A DNA stretch of 19,510 nucleotides from an uncultured Gemmatimonadales bacterium (GCA_963793305.1 CAWBZV010000018.1:1-19510); one strand, 5' to 3'. Shown: positions 1 through 8,262, numbered from the stretch's first letter. Made by a program: numbers and translations. Notes: generated by a model not told the origin, from the sequence alone.

Positions 1-522
1 GGACATCATGTAGCACATGGAGCCCGACTCCGGAGCACCCAGCTCTTTCTTGTCGACCGCGGTCTTGATCCCCGCGACGATTTGGGCTTGCGAGAAACCA
101 GCGAATGCCATCTCGGTCTCTTTCAGCAACATTGGCAGGACGGACCGAGCGGCTGGCGGGTTGTAGCACATGGGGCCCCGATTTTTTGGGTTCCAAAACT
201 CCCGGTTGCTCAACGGACCCGTAAACGCTCTGCCTACCAGGCAGACGAACCCGTTCTTGCCCTTGACGGCGGTTTCGTAGTTTTTCTGTCCCAGCACTAA
301 GACATCCGCATCGCGTGAGATCGAAGCCGGGGCCGCCGTGCGGGCCAGCGCTATTTCGGCGTCACGGCTCATCCGGTATTGCTCGACCGGAGCCATGCTG
401 GGATACGGTGATTTGGTATCCTGCGCCTTGGTGTCCTGCGCCTGGATCGGCCACACGGCGCCCACAACGGTGACCAACACGAGGGTTCCTCGTACGATCG
501 CTTTGCCTGTGTTTCGCAGCAT
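1..522 (-). CDS. Uncharacterised exported protein, paralog 1 (possible internal start within the fusion ORF; partial)
   Basis: GGGAG precedes ATG at 522. Translation gives a signal-peptide-like segment ending PIQA, then QDTKAQDTKSPYPSMAPVEQYRMSRDAEIALARTAAPASISRDADVLVLGQKNYETAVKGKNGFVCLVGRAFTGPLSNREFWNPKNRGPMCYNPPAARS...GSMCYMMS. Clearly homologous to 8263-8940, 12229-12918 and 14644-15366. Confidence 0.9.
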   Translation of the reverse strand, partial: MLRNTGKAIVRGTLVLVTVVGAVWPIQAQDTKAQDTKSPYPSMAPVEQYRMSRDAEIALARTAAPASISRDADVLVLGQKNYETAVKGKNGFVCLVGRAFTGPLSNREFWNPKNRGPMCYNPPAARSVLPMLLKETEMAFAGFSQAQIVAGIKTAVDKKELGAPESGSMCYMMS

Positions 523-885
523 TGATGGTCTCCCGTGCGATGGCTCCTGTATGGGTCGTATTTCGGCGCCTCCCAATCGGATCGACGGGATCCCGGACGC
601 GACGCGAATGGCATCGTTCAGATCCCTGGCATCGAGCAGGATGAGCCCGCCGATCTGCTCGTTCGCCTCGGCACATGGGTCGTGCATGACGGACCTCACG
701 CCGCCTCGGACTCGAACCGTGGTGGCCGCGTGCAGCAACTCGAGGGCATTGGCGACGACGCAGTGGCCACTCGCCCGCAGCGACTCGTCATAGGCCAGGC
801 TCTCATCGATCATGGCCTGCGATTCCTGATCGGACATGGCGCACAGTTTCTTCTCGTCGAAGAACACCACGCACAGATATTTCAT
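1..885 (-). CDS. YCII/DGPF-like domain fused in frame to uncharacterised exported protein (paralog 1); 3' end runs off the window
   Basis: Translated by hand; absent from the ORF track, likely because no stop falls in the window. RBS ACAGGAG, then ATG at 885: MKYLCVVFFDEKKLCAMSDQ...ATTVRVRGGVRSVMHDPCAEANEQIGGLILLDARDLNDAIRVASGIPSIRLGGAEIRPI. It continues without a stop as QEPSHGRPS-MLRNTGKAIVRGTLVLVTVVGAVWPIQAQ... Confidence 0.8.
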   Translation of the reverse strand, partial: MKYLCVVFFDEKKLCAMSDQESQAMIDESLAYDESLRASGHCVVANALELLHAATTVRVRGGVRSVMHDPCAEANEQIGGLILLDARDLNDAIRVASGIPSIRLGGAEIRPIQEPSHGRPSMLRNTGKAIVRGTLVLVTVVGAVWPIQAQDTKAQDTKSPYPSMAPVEQYRMSRDAEIALARTAAPASISRDADVLVLGQKNYETAVKGKNGFVCLVGRAFTGPLSNREFWNPKNRGPMCYNPPAARSVLPMLLKETEMAFAGFSQAQIVAGIKTAVDKKELGAPESGSMCYMMS

Positions 886-902
886 CGCTTCTCCTGTTCA
901 CG

Positions 903-934
903 CGATAGTCGTTCGGGGTGGTCAAAAATGGACA
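903..934 (-). promoter_or_regulatory. Putative ECF42-type promoter (class A1)
   Basis: Minus strand TGTCCA-N17-CGACTATCG upstream of ATG 885. The same TGTCCATTT...CGACTATCG occurs at 8970-9000. It resembles the ECF42 consensus TGTCGA/CG(A/T)C as I recall it. Confidence 0.7.
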
Positions 935-966
935 AACGGCTTTGTGTGGGTTTCGCGTAGGGGTAT

Positions 967-999
967 TCCAACCTTTTTGCCGCGCGACGTCACCCATTT
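967..999 (+). promoter_or_regulatory. Putative ECF promoter (class B1), probably leaderless transcript
   Basis: TCCAACCTTTTT...CGTCACCCATTT: AACC (970-973)-N14-CGTCAC (988-993). ATG 1002 follows 8 nt later with no SD sequence. Confidence 0.65.
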
Positions 1000-1001
1000 T
1001 T

Positions 1002-1343
1002 ATGAAGTACCTGTGCATGGTCTTCTTTGACGAGCAGAAGTTGGACGCGTTGTCCGATGACGAGTTGCGAGCATTCGAGGCTGCCACCCGAGCGTGCGAA
1101 GAGAACCTGCGGAGGAGCGGCCACTTCATAGCGGCGGAAGCGCTGCAATCGGTCCACGTGGCGACGACGGTGCGGGTGCGCAATGGAAGGGTGTCGGTCA
1201 CGGACGGGCCGTTTGCCGAGACCAACGAGCAGCTCGGCGGCTTCTCGCTGATCGAAGCGCCGAACATGGATGACGCCATCGCGCTGGCCTCGACGATCCC
1301 TGCCGCGGATCTCGGAGGGGTCGAAGTGCGCCCCATCAAATGA
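1002..1343 (+). CDS. YCII-related / DGPFAETKE-family protein
   Basis: MKYLCMVFFDE...ATTVRVRNGRVSVTDGPFAETNEQLGGFSLIEA...GGVEVRPI. Its stop overlaps the next start (ATGA at 1340-1343). Confidence 0.93.
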   Translation: MKYLCMVFFDEQKLDALSDDELRAFEAATRACEENLRRSGHFIAAEALQSVHVATTVRVRNGRVSVTDGPFAETNEQLGGFSLIEAPNMDDAIALASTIPAADLGGVEVRPIK

Positions 1344-2605
1344 GAGCGGCGCGTGCGCGCGTCATCGAGGCGCGCGAGATCGTGGAGGAGATCTATCGGA
1401 CCGAATCGCGTCGCGTTCTCGCCACGCTCATCGATCTCCTGGGCGACTTTGACCGCGCCGAGGAAGCCATGCACGATGCGTTCGCGGCGGCGGTCGAACA
1501 GTGGCCGCACACCGGTATGCCGGCGCGCCCCCGTGCGTGGCTGATATCGACGGGGCGATTCAAAGCCATCGATAGCCTGCGGCACCGGGCGCGATTCGAC
1601 GCATCGCTCGCCGAGTTTGCGCGGCGGCTGGAGCAGGACACGATCGACCCGGTGGACTGGGACGACGAGCGCATCCCGGACGACCGGTTGCGGTTGATTT
1701 TCACCTGTTGTCACCCCGCGTTGCCGCCGGACGCCCAGATCGCGCTGACGCTCCGCGAAGTCTGCGGCCTCACCACGGAGGAGATCGCCCGCGCCTTCAT
1801 TACGGTTGCGCCAACGGTGGCCAAGCGCATCGTGCGCGCCAAAGCGAAGATCCGCGACGCGCGCATTCCCTTCGAGGTGCCGTCGCCAACCGATCTTCCC
1901 GACCGGTTGGACGCCGTTCTCCAGGTGGTCTACTTGATGTTCACCGAGGGATACGCCGCATCGTCTGGCGCATCACTGACCCGACCCATTCTCACCGGCG
2001 AAGCCATGCGCCTCGGACGGCTGCTGGCCGAGTTGCTGCCGGAGAGCGAAGTGCAAGGACTCCTGGCGCTGATGGTACTCCAGGAATCGCGCTCGAGCGC
2101 GCGGACCCTGCCGGAGGGCGATCTGGTGTTACTCCAGGACCAGGACCGTTCGCTCTGGAATCGGCACCTGATCAATGAAGGCCTGGCCCTTGTGGAGCGA
2201 GCACTCGCATCCCGCCGGTTCGGCCCCTATACGCTGCAGGCCGCGATCGCCGCTGTCCATGCGAAAGCATCCAGCGCGGCCACGACGGACTGGAACCAGA
2301 TCGTGGGACTCTACGATGTGTTGCAGCGGGTGAGTCCGTCGCCGGTCGTCGAGCTCAACCGCGCGGTGGCGGTCGCAACCCGCGACGGTCCGCTGGTCGG
2401 TCTCAGGCTCATCGACGCGATTCTCGCGCGCGGCGATCTCCACGACTATTACCTCGCGCACGCCGCGCGGGCCGACTTGTGCCGCCGACTCGGGAGGCGA
2501 GCCGAGGCTCGCGAATCGTATGCCAAGGCCCTCGGTCTGGCTCGGCCGGAACCGGTGCGCCGGTTTCTGACGAAACGCTTGAATGCCTTGGCGGAGGGCG
2601 CGTAA
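1340..2605 (+). CDS. ECF sigma factor, ECF42 type (sigma2/sigma4 plus C-terminal TPR-like extension)
   Basis: 421 aa. Motifs: AEEAMHDAFAAAVEQWP...P.RPRAWL, DDRLRLIFTCCHPAL, ALTLREVCGLTTEEIARAF, YLMFTEGY, QDRSLWN, GPYTLQAAIAAVH, SPVVELNRAVAVA. Directly downstream of a DGPF gene. Confidence 0.93.
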   Translation: MRAARARVIEAREIVEEIYRTESRRVLATLIDLLGDFDRAEEAMHDAFAAAVEQWPHTGMPARPRAWLISTGRFKAIDSLRHRARFDASLAEFARRLEQDTIDPVDWDDERIPDDRLRLIFTCCHPALPPDAQIALTLREVCGLTTEEIARAFITVAPTVAKRIVRAKAKIRDARIPFEVPSPTDLPDRLDAVLQVVYLMFTEGYAASSGASLTRPILTGEAMRLGRLLAELLPESEVQGLLALMVLQESRSSARTLPEGDLVLLQDQDRSLWNRHLINEGLALVERALASRRFGPYTLQAAIAAVHAKASSAATTDWNQIVGLYDVLQRVSPSPVVELNRAVAVATRDGPLVGLRLIDAILARGDLHDYYLAHAARADLCRRLGRRAEARESYAKALGLARPEPVRRFLTKRLNALAEGA

Positions 2606-2618
2606 CCGGCGGCGAGAT

Positions 2619-2650
2619 TTCGAACCTTTTGGGGGATCACCGTCACTTAC
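2619..2650 (+). promoter_or_regulatory. Putative ECF promoter (class B2), candidate autoregulatory promoter of the short ECF sigma
   Basis: TTCGAACCTTTTGG...CGTCACTTAC: AACC (2623-2626)-N14-CGTCAC (2641-2646), directly upstream of the sigma gene. Confidence 0.65.
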
Positions 2651-2656
2651 TGATGC

Positions 2657-3217
2657 GTGCCTTTCTCTCGTGACGCACCATTGGGTCGACCCATCGCCGT
2701 GAGCGACGATCTCGCGCTTGTTCGGGAGTTCTGGCGAACGCGCGGCGAGGAACCCTTTCGAGCGCTCTACCGAGCGCACACGCCGGGAGTCTACGCTCTC
2801 GCGCTTCGGTTGACGGGCGGCGATGACACTGAGGCTGAGGACCTGGTGCAAGAGTGTTGGCTCCGCGCGGTACGCTCGCTGGACGCGTTTCGCGGCGCGG
2901 GCACCTTCCGGTCCTGGCTACACGGAATACTCGTGAACGTGCGGCGGGAGCGCGTTCGGGCCGATTGGCGATTCGTCGACGCGCCGGATTTCGACCCCCT
3001 TGCGCCCGAGATGGCCTTCCACACGACGCTCGACCTGGACCTCGCTGTCGCCGCATTGCCGGACGGTGCGCGCGATGTGTTCGTCCTGCACGATGTGTAT
3101 GGATACACGCACGTGGAAATTGGAAGGCTCCTCGGCATCATGGCTGGGACGTCGAAGAGTCAACTCAACCGAGCGCGGACGCTCATCCGGCAGCGTGTAG
3201 AAAGGACTGAGGATTGA
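2657..3217 (+). CDS. Short ECF RNA polymerase sigma factor (sigma-24 family)
   Basis: Region 2: AEDLVQECWLRAVRSLDAFRG...FRSWLHGILVN. Region 4: LPDGARDVFVLHDVYGYTHVEIGRLLGIMAGTSKSQLNRAR. Start is GTG 2657 or GTG 2699. Confidence 0.93.
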   Translation: MPFSRDAPLGRPIAVSDDLALVREFWRTRGEEPFRALYRAHTPGVYALALRLTGGDDTEAEDLVQECWLRAVRSLDAFRGAGTFRSWLHGILVNVRRERVRADWRFVDAPDFDPLAPEMAFHTTLDLDLAVAALPDGARDVFVLHDVYGYTHVEIGRLLGIMAGTSKSQLNRARTLIRQRVERTED

Positions 3218-3219
3218 TC

Positions 3220-3666
3220 ATGAATCGAGAGCCGGCACCTGGGCTCGAGGAGCGCGTCGTACGGGCGCTCACCGCCGCGGGCCTCATCCGTCGTAGGCGA
3301 TGGCCGCGGATCTGGATGGCGGCGGCGGCCGTCACACTGGCCGCGGCAGTTGCGCTATCGGGGTTGCATCTGGGCCGCGGAAAAGCTCCAGGTGAAACCT
3401 ACGTCATGCTGTTATATGAAGACTCGACCTTCCAGTTGCCAGCGCCCGGCCACGTCGCCGAGCGGCGGGCCGAATCTGCCCAATGGGCCGACAGTCTCGC
3501 TGAGCGCGGCAAGTTGGATCTCGGCGGGCGCGTCGACGGTTCCGGGCCTATCACGGGGATGTTCATCATCCGCGCGCCAACGGAAGCTGACGCCGCGAAA
3601 CTCGCCGCGTCATGCCCGCACCTGAAATACGGCGGTCACATCGTGGTGCGACGCTTCTTCGAGTAG
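3220..3666 (+). CDS. Single-pass membrane protein with C-terminal YCII-like domain; putative anti-sigma factor
   Basis: GAGG SD, then ATG 3220, 2 nt after the sigma stop. Short N-terminus, RRRR, hydrophobic IWMAAAAVTLAAAVALSGLHL, then YVMLLYE...W..L..RG.L..G...ITGMFIIRA..EA.A..LA..CPHL..GG.I.VR (YCII-like pattern). Confidence 0.8.
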   Translation: MNREPAPGLEERVVRALTAAGLIRRRRWPRIWMAAAAVTLAAAVALSGLHLGRGKAPGETYVMLLYEDSTFQLPAPGHVAERRAESAQWADSLAERGKLDLGGRVDGSGPITGMFIIRAPTEADAAKLAASCPHLKYGGHIVVRRFFE

Positions 3667-3671
3667 CATGA

Positions 3672-3702
3672 CAATGGCCCGGGGATCGCTCCCGGGCCAT
3701 TG
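3672..3702. terminator. Hairpin between convergent genes (likely bidirectional terminator)
   Basis: Perfect 12-bp inverted repeat CAATGGCCCGGG (3672-3683) / CCCGGGCCATTG (3691-3702), extendable to TAGCA/TGCTA. No poly-U tail. Confidence 0.75.
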
Positions 3703-3721
3703 CGTGCTATACTGTGTACCG

Positions 3722-5203
3722 TTACTCGCAGACCGGCGCGTAGTGGTTATTCCGTGCCGTGCGTTCGGGCTGCGGGATGTTCAACTGTGAGGTGTGGTGG
3801 TCCGACGCGCCCCATGTCGTCAGGTCCTGGAGCAGGAGACCATAGTCGCGCTCCGCGACGATCTGGTCGCCGGTGTTGTCGCCCATGAGTGAAGGGATCA
3901 TCTCCTTCATCAAGAAGTCGCGAGTGTGCACGTAGTCGGTCGCCGCGAGCGGGAGCGCGGAGGGGAGCCCACCGACGACCGTGCGCACGTTGTCCACGAT
4001 CAATGCCGCCTGGGCGTAGGAGCCGGTACCGAGATACGCCCGCGCGAGTAGGAACTGCAGCTCGATGTTGCGGATGATCGGTATCGGGGTCGACAAGCCA
4101 ATATTGTTGACGTATCGGTAGCTCGACGCCAAGCCGGGGACATTCGTCGGCAGGGACGGCGCCTGCGCGAACTTCGCCAGGAACCGCTGGTCGTTGAGTG
4201 TATCGATCTGTTGCGCCGCACTTTCCAACGCGAAGTCGTCCCCTGAGATGCCGAAGATCGGGTTGGAGAGATCGTTCGCGGCGCTCGAGAATGAGTGAAA
4301 CACGCCGTTGTCGTTGAAGTTCACCGCTTCCCCGGCAGTGAGCGTCGGCGAGTACAGGTTTGATGCCGTGATATCGGTGATCGCCGAGTCGAGCTGATTC
4401 AAGTCCGGGGCGCCGGCTGATGACGGCGTTGGGCGGATCCCGCCAGGTCCGTTCGCGACCGCGTACGCGAGCTCGAGACGCGAGCGTCCGCGGAGCGCGA
4501 GCACCAGGTTCATCCAACCGCCGGCCGTGTTGCCGATCGAGGCGAAGCCCGGCGGCATCTGCAGCGCGGGGAACACGGAGCCTGGCACGCCCATGACGGT
4601 TGTCGGCCCGGCGGCCGCAAAGTCCGCTTGCGCGGTGTCGAGCATCGCGATGATCACGCGCCATGCATCCCTGGCGCAGACGATCGGAGCGAGAGTGCCC
4701 GAGATCGGTCCGCCCACGTTGTTGATCGCGATGCCGACCGTGTCGTGCGCCAACAAGATGTACATGTAATTGAGCGCCTTCCACGTTTCCATCGAGCCCT
4801 GGAGGGCTTTGATGTTCGCCGTAGGAATAGCGGCCCCCGCGTTGGTGAGCGTCGGCAGCACGATGATGAGGGAGTCCGCATCTTTGATGGCCTGGTACTC
4901 CTCATTCCAGACCTGCGCGCCGAAGTTGTCGACATCGAGCGGGAGCTCACCGGTGAGCTCGGTGACAAAGCGGTCCTCGGAGGGCGTAAAATATGCCGAT
5001 GTTCGGGCGAATCCCTCCATCGACTCGTGGAAGAAAACAGTATTGACGCGGGTTTGACTGAAGGCACCCGTCATCTCGCTTTGCAACGCGGCGACTGAGT
5101 GCAGAAATCCCGTTGGCACGTTGTAGTCAGGCACGAGCGATTCGTTACAGGCGGCCAGCGCCGTACCCGCGGCGAGAATCCCGAGTGTTCTATATATGCG
5201 CAT
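3722..5203 (-). CDS. RagB/SusD-like outer-membrane lipoprotein
   Basis: Lipobox LAAC at residues 16-19; 493 aa; starts 3 nt downstream of the SusC-like gene; C-terminal PIIRNIELQFLLARAY...VDNVR resembles the SusD helix motif. Confidence 0.8.
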   Translation of the reverse strand: MRIYRTLGILAAGTALAACNESLVPDYNVPTGFLHSVAALQSEMTGAFSQTRVNTVFFHESMEGFARTSAYFTPSEDRFVTELTGELPLDVDNFGAQVWNEEYQAIKDADSLIIVLPTLTNAGAAIPTANIKALQGSMETWKALNYMYILLAHDTVGIAINNVGGPISGTLAPIVCARDAWRVIIAMLDTAQADFAAAGPTTVMGVPGSVFPALQMPPGFASIGNTAGGWMNLVLALRGRSRLELAYAVANGPGGIRPTPSSAGAPDLNQLDSAITDITASNLYSPTLTAGEAVNFNDNGVFHSFSSAANDLSNPIFGISGDDFALESAAQQIDTLNDQRFLAKFAQAPSLPTNVPGLASSYRYVNNIGLSTPIPIIRNIELQFLLARAYLGTGSYAQAALIVDNVRTVVGGLPSALPLAATDYVHTRDFLMKEMIPSLMGDNTGDQIVAERDYGLLLQDLTTWGASDHHTSQLNIPQPERTARNNHYAPVCE

Positions 5204-5206
5204 GAA

Positions 5207-8188
5207 TTAGAATCCCAGGTCGAGGGCGACGAAGTAGGACCGGCTCGGCGGATAGGGTGTCACGTCCTGGCCGCGACCCAACTGCTGGATGCCGAAGTTC
5301 GAGACTTCGGGGTCGAGGCCCGGGTACTTGGTCCACGTGACCAGGTTGCGGCCCGTCACGATGAGGCTCGCGTGCCGGAGATAGCCCTTGCTGATGACAT
5401 TGATGAACGACTGCGGGAGATCCCACCTCCCGGTCAGCTCGCGCAGCTTCAGGAACGACGCGTGCTGGACGTACACGGATTGGCCATTCTTGATCTCTGC
5501 GAAACGCGCGTTGGTAGCCGCCGTGTCCGCGAAGTTGCCCGCGGCTAGTCCCGAGACCGCACCTTTGAAGGCGTAGTCCCAGTATTGCTGCGTCAGGTCG
5601 ACCACCGACATGCCGTCGCGCCAGTCGAAGAAGGCATGGATGTGGAACGGCCCGTAGCTCAGGTCATTGCCGAAGCCGAGCGTGAGCGCCGGCGCGACGT
5701 TGCCCAACTGTACGAGCGTTCCTGAGGCGGCCGAGGACGCATTGTAGCCGTAGACCGCGTTCGCTGACGCGCCCGGTTGAATTTGGTAGCCGCCGAACGG
5801 CGCGTAGCCGAAGAAGCTGCCAACGGGGAATGGCGGGATCGGCAGGTTGTCGACGCGGTCATAGACGCGCGAGTACACCTCGGAGGTGCTCCACGAAAAC
5901 TTGCCCGCCTGAATCGGCGTCGCGTTGAGCGAGAGCTCGAGACCCTGGTTCGTGATCTGGCCGCCGTTCGTCCATCCATTTGAGTAGCCGGCGGATGGAA
6001 GCACCGACTCCTCCAGCAGCAGGTCCGTGACGCGCTTCCGGAAGATCGTCGCGTTCAACGCCAGCCGCCCCTTGAACATGGTCAGATCGGCGCCGGTCTC
6101 GATGCTGGTGTTGGTCTCCGGGCGCACGTTCGGATCGCCTTTGGTCGCCGAGAACCCGGTGCTCGCGATCGCGTTGTAGTTCGTCACCTTCGCCGAGTCG
6201 AATTTCACGCCATAGATCGGCAGCGTACCCGCCTGGCCGTACGCCGCGCGGACCTTGAGCTCGGTGGCACCCGTCAAGACGCGGAACGAGCCCGCGACTT
6301 TCGGATACGGATAGAGCTTGTTGATTTGGCCGTTGTTCGAGCTTCGCTCGGCGTTGACGCCACCCGTCAGGGACATTCGCTCGTTGAACAGCAGCAGCTG
6401 CTCCTGCACGTAATAGCCGGCATCGTTCGACTCGGTCTGCTGATAGAACGGGCTGATCTGCGCCCCGGTGGTATACGCGTAACCACCGGCTGGCAGACCG
6501 GCGCCGATGTCAGCGTTCTGGTAGGTCGCGTCCTTGTCTCGCGTCAGACCGATCGACGTGGTCGCCGAGAGCAGCGTGCTCGGCGTCCACGTGTGGATCA
6601 CGCTGACCGACCAGTTTGAGAGCCGGTCGTATCCCTGGTTGCTCGTGCTCACGCCGGGGAGTGGGACCAACCCGGAGTTTTCGACCTGTAAGCTGCCGGG
6701 TGCGAAGAACTGCGTGTGCTCGTTCACGAAGTCGGCGCCACCGACGACTGCGATCTGGAGGCTCTGCTTCGTCGCCGTGTACAGCTTCCAGTTGAGGGTT
6801 CCGCCGAGCGTGGTCCGGTTCACTTCATCCGGCGTCTGTATCTGGCTCGCATCCTGGAAGGCACTGGCGGGGCCAAACGGATTATTCACGTAGCCGCCGC
6901 CCGCATGGCAGCTCATGCAGTAGAACGACGGCGTGTACGCCAACACATCGTATCCGGAGATACCGAAGTTGTCGTTGCCGTTGACGCCGGTCCGGTTCAG
7001 CGAGGAGGTATAGGTCAGGTTCGCCGCCACGCTGATCGTCGAGAACAGGGTCTGGTTCACGCTGGCGCGGGCCGACTGCTTATTGTAGCCGGTGTTGATC
7101 TGCGTGCCATTGTCGTACTTGGTGAGACCCGACATGAAGTAGGTCGTCGTCGGCGTGCCACCACGAATGGTCACATTGGTCTCGTTGGAGGTCTGCTTGT
7201 TGCCATACAGCTGTGACTGCAGGTCGCAGAAGCCGTTGCACTCATTGTAGTTCTGCAACACGTCCGCGCTGCTCATGCCGACGGTGGCGCCGAGCGCAGT
7301 TGCCTGGCTCAACGTGAAGTGGCGCGCGTCGAACTCGTGCTCCAGCTCGTAGTGGCCGATTTTCTGGGTGGCGTCGACTTCGGGCTTCGAGGTCGAGCCC
7401 TTCTTCGTCGTGATCACGACCACGCCGGCGGCCGCACGGCTGCCGTAGATCGAGGCCGCGGCGGCGCCTTCCAGCACCTGCATCGACTCGATATCGTTCG
7501 GGTTCAAATCGGCGATGCGGTTGATCGATTGATCCTGACTGCTCGGCATGACGCTGCCGTTCGCGTTGCTCACCGCGTTCAACCCGGTCTGGAACACGGC
7601 GTTGGAGACGATCACGCCGTCGACGACGTAGAGGGGCTCTGTGTTGCCGTTGATTGACGTGACGCCGCGAATGTTGACCTGCAAACCGCCGCCGGGCGCG
7701 CCGGAGTTCTGGTCGATCTGCACGCCCGCGACTTTGCCTTGGAGCGCATTCTCGATGGTCGCGGTTGGCGCTCCGTTGAGTTGCTCGGCGGTCACGATCG
7801 GGTCGTGGGTCACGGCGTTCTTACTCGCAACCGTCGTCGCCACGCCGGTGATCACCTCTTGCTCGAGCTTCAGCACGTCCTGCTTGAGGGTGATCGCGTA
7901 TTCGGTCTGGCCCTGGACCAGCGGGATGGTGGCGCCAGTGTAGCCGATGCGGCGGACTTCGATCGACTTGGCGTCAGCGGGCACGTTCCGGAGTGTGAAT
8001 CGGCCGCTGTCCGTGGTGAGCGTGCCGAGCGTGGTTCCGGTCACGGCGATGCGGACCGAGGGGATGGGATACTTGCCGTCCGCATCCGTCACTTGTCCGG
8101 TGATGCGCGGTGTTGCTTGGCCAGACGCGCTTCGCGCCAAGGCAAGTGCAAGCGCTACGGCCGTCGCGATAGACGAACGTACTGTCAA
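5207..8188 (-). CDS. SusC/RagA-family TonB-dependent outer-membrane transporter
   Basis: GGAGG, then TTG start; signal peptide; N-terminal ITGQVTD...G.F.L carboxypeptidase-regulatory-like domain; plug motifs SGAPGGGLQVNIRG, EPLYVVDGV, NPNDIESMQVLEGAAAASIYGSRAAAGVVVITTKKG; C-terminal GRNLVTWTKYPGLDPE...YPPSRSYFVALDLGF. Confidence 0.95.
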   Translation of the reverse strand: MTVRSSIATAVALALALARSASGQATPRITGQVTDADGKYPIPSVRIAVTGTTLGTLTTDSGRFTLRNVPADAKSIEVRRIGYTGATIPLVQGQTEYAITLKQDVLKLEQEVITGVATTVASKNAVTHDPIVTAEQLNGAPTATIENALQGKVAGVQIDQNSGAPGGGLQVNIRGVTSINGNTEPLYVVDGVIVSNAVFQTGLNAVSNANGSVMPSSQDQSINRIADLNPNDIESMQVLEGAAAASIYGSRAAAGVVVITTKKGSTSKPEVDATQKIGHYELEHEFDARHFTLSQATALGATVGMSSADVLQNYNECNGFCDLQSQLYGNKQTSNETNVTIRGGTPTTTYFMSGLTKYDNGTQINTGYNKQSARASVNQTLFSTISVAANLTYTSSLNRTGVNGNDNFGISGYDVLAYTPSFYCMSCHAGGGYVNNPFGPASAFQDASQIQTPDEVNRTTLGGTLNWKLYTATKQSLQIAVVGGADFVNEHTQFFAPGSLQVENSGLVPLPGVSTSNQGYDRLSNWSVSVIHTWTPSTLLSATTSIGLTRDKDATYQNADIGAGLPAGGYAYTTGAQISPFYQQTESNDAGYYVQEQLLLFNERMSLTGGVNAERSSNNGQINKLYPYPKVAGSFRVLTGATELKVRAAYGQAGTLPIYGVKFDSAKVTNYNAIASTGFSATKGDPNVRPETNTSIETGADLTMFKGRLALNATIFRKRVTDLLLEESVLPSAGYSNGWTNGGQITNQGLELSLNATPIQAGKFSWSTSEVYSRVYDRVDNLPIPPFPVGSFFGYAPFGGYQIQPGASANAVYGYNASSAASGTLVQLGNVAPALTLGFGNDLSYGPFHIHAFFDWRDGMSVVDLTQQYWDYAFKGAVSGLAAGNFADTAATNARFAEIKNGQSVYVQHASFLKLRELTGRWDLPQSFINVISKGYLRHASLIVTGRNLVTWTKYPGLDPEVSNFGIQQLGRGQDVTPYPPSRSYFVALDLGF

Positions 8189-8262
8189 AATGCCTCCGAT
8201 TGTTTTTGGGGAATCGTACGGCGAGAGAGTAGAGCAGGCGTTAGACGAGGATGGTGACCTCC

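Noticed and set aside
82..960. ORF-track entries 82-300, 338-793, 535-960 (+) and 362-676, 369-614 (-)
   Set aside because: These are shadow frames of the real minus-strand ORF 1-885, which has clear family motifs and an RBS.
803..1714. Long alternative-frame ORFs (803-1714, 2129-2851, 3747-4784, 10406-11236, 15964-16782, 18074-19273)
   Set aside because: They are Arg/Pro/Ala-rich, carry no recognisable motifs and overlap well-supported genes, as expected in GC-rich DNA.
2653..2673. Tiny ORF ATG CGT GCC TTT CTC TCG TGA at the predicted TSS of the short ECF gene
   Set aside because: It could be a leaderless uORF, but 6 codons without conservation data cannot be told from chance.
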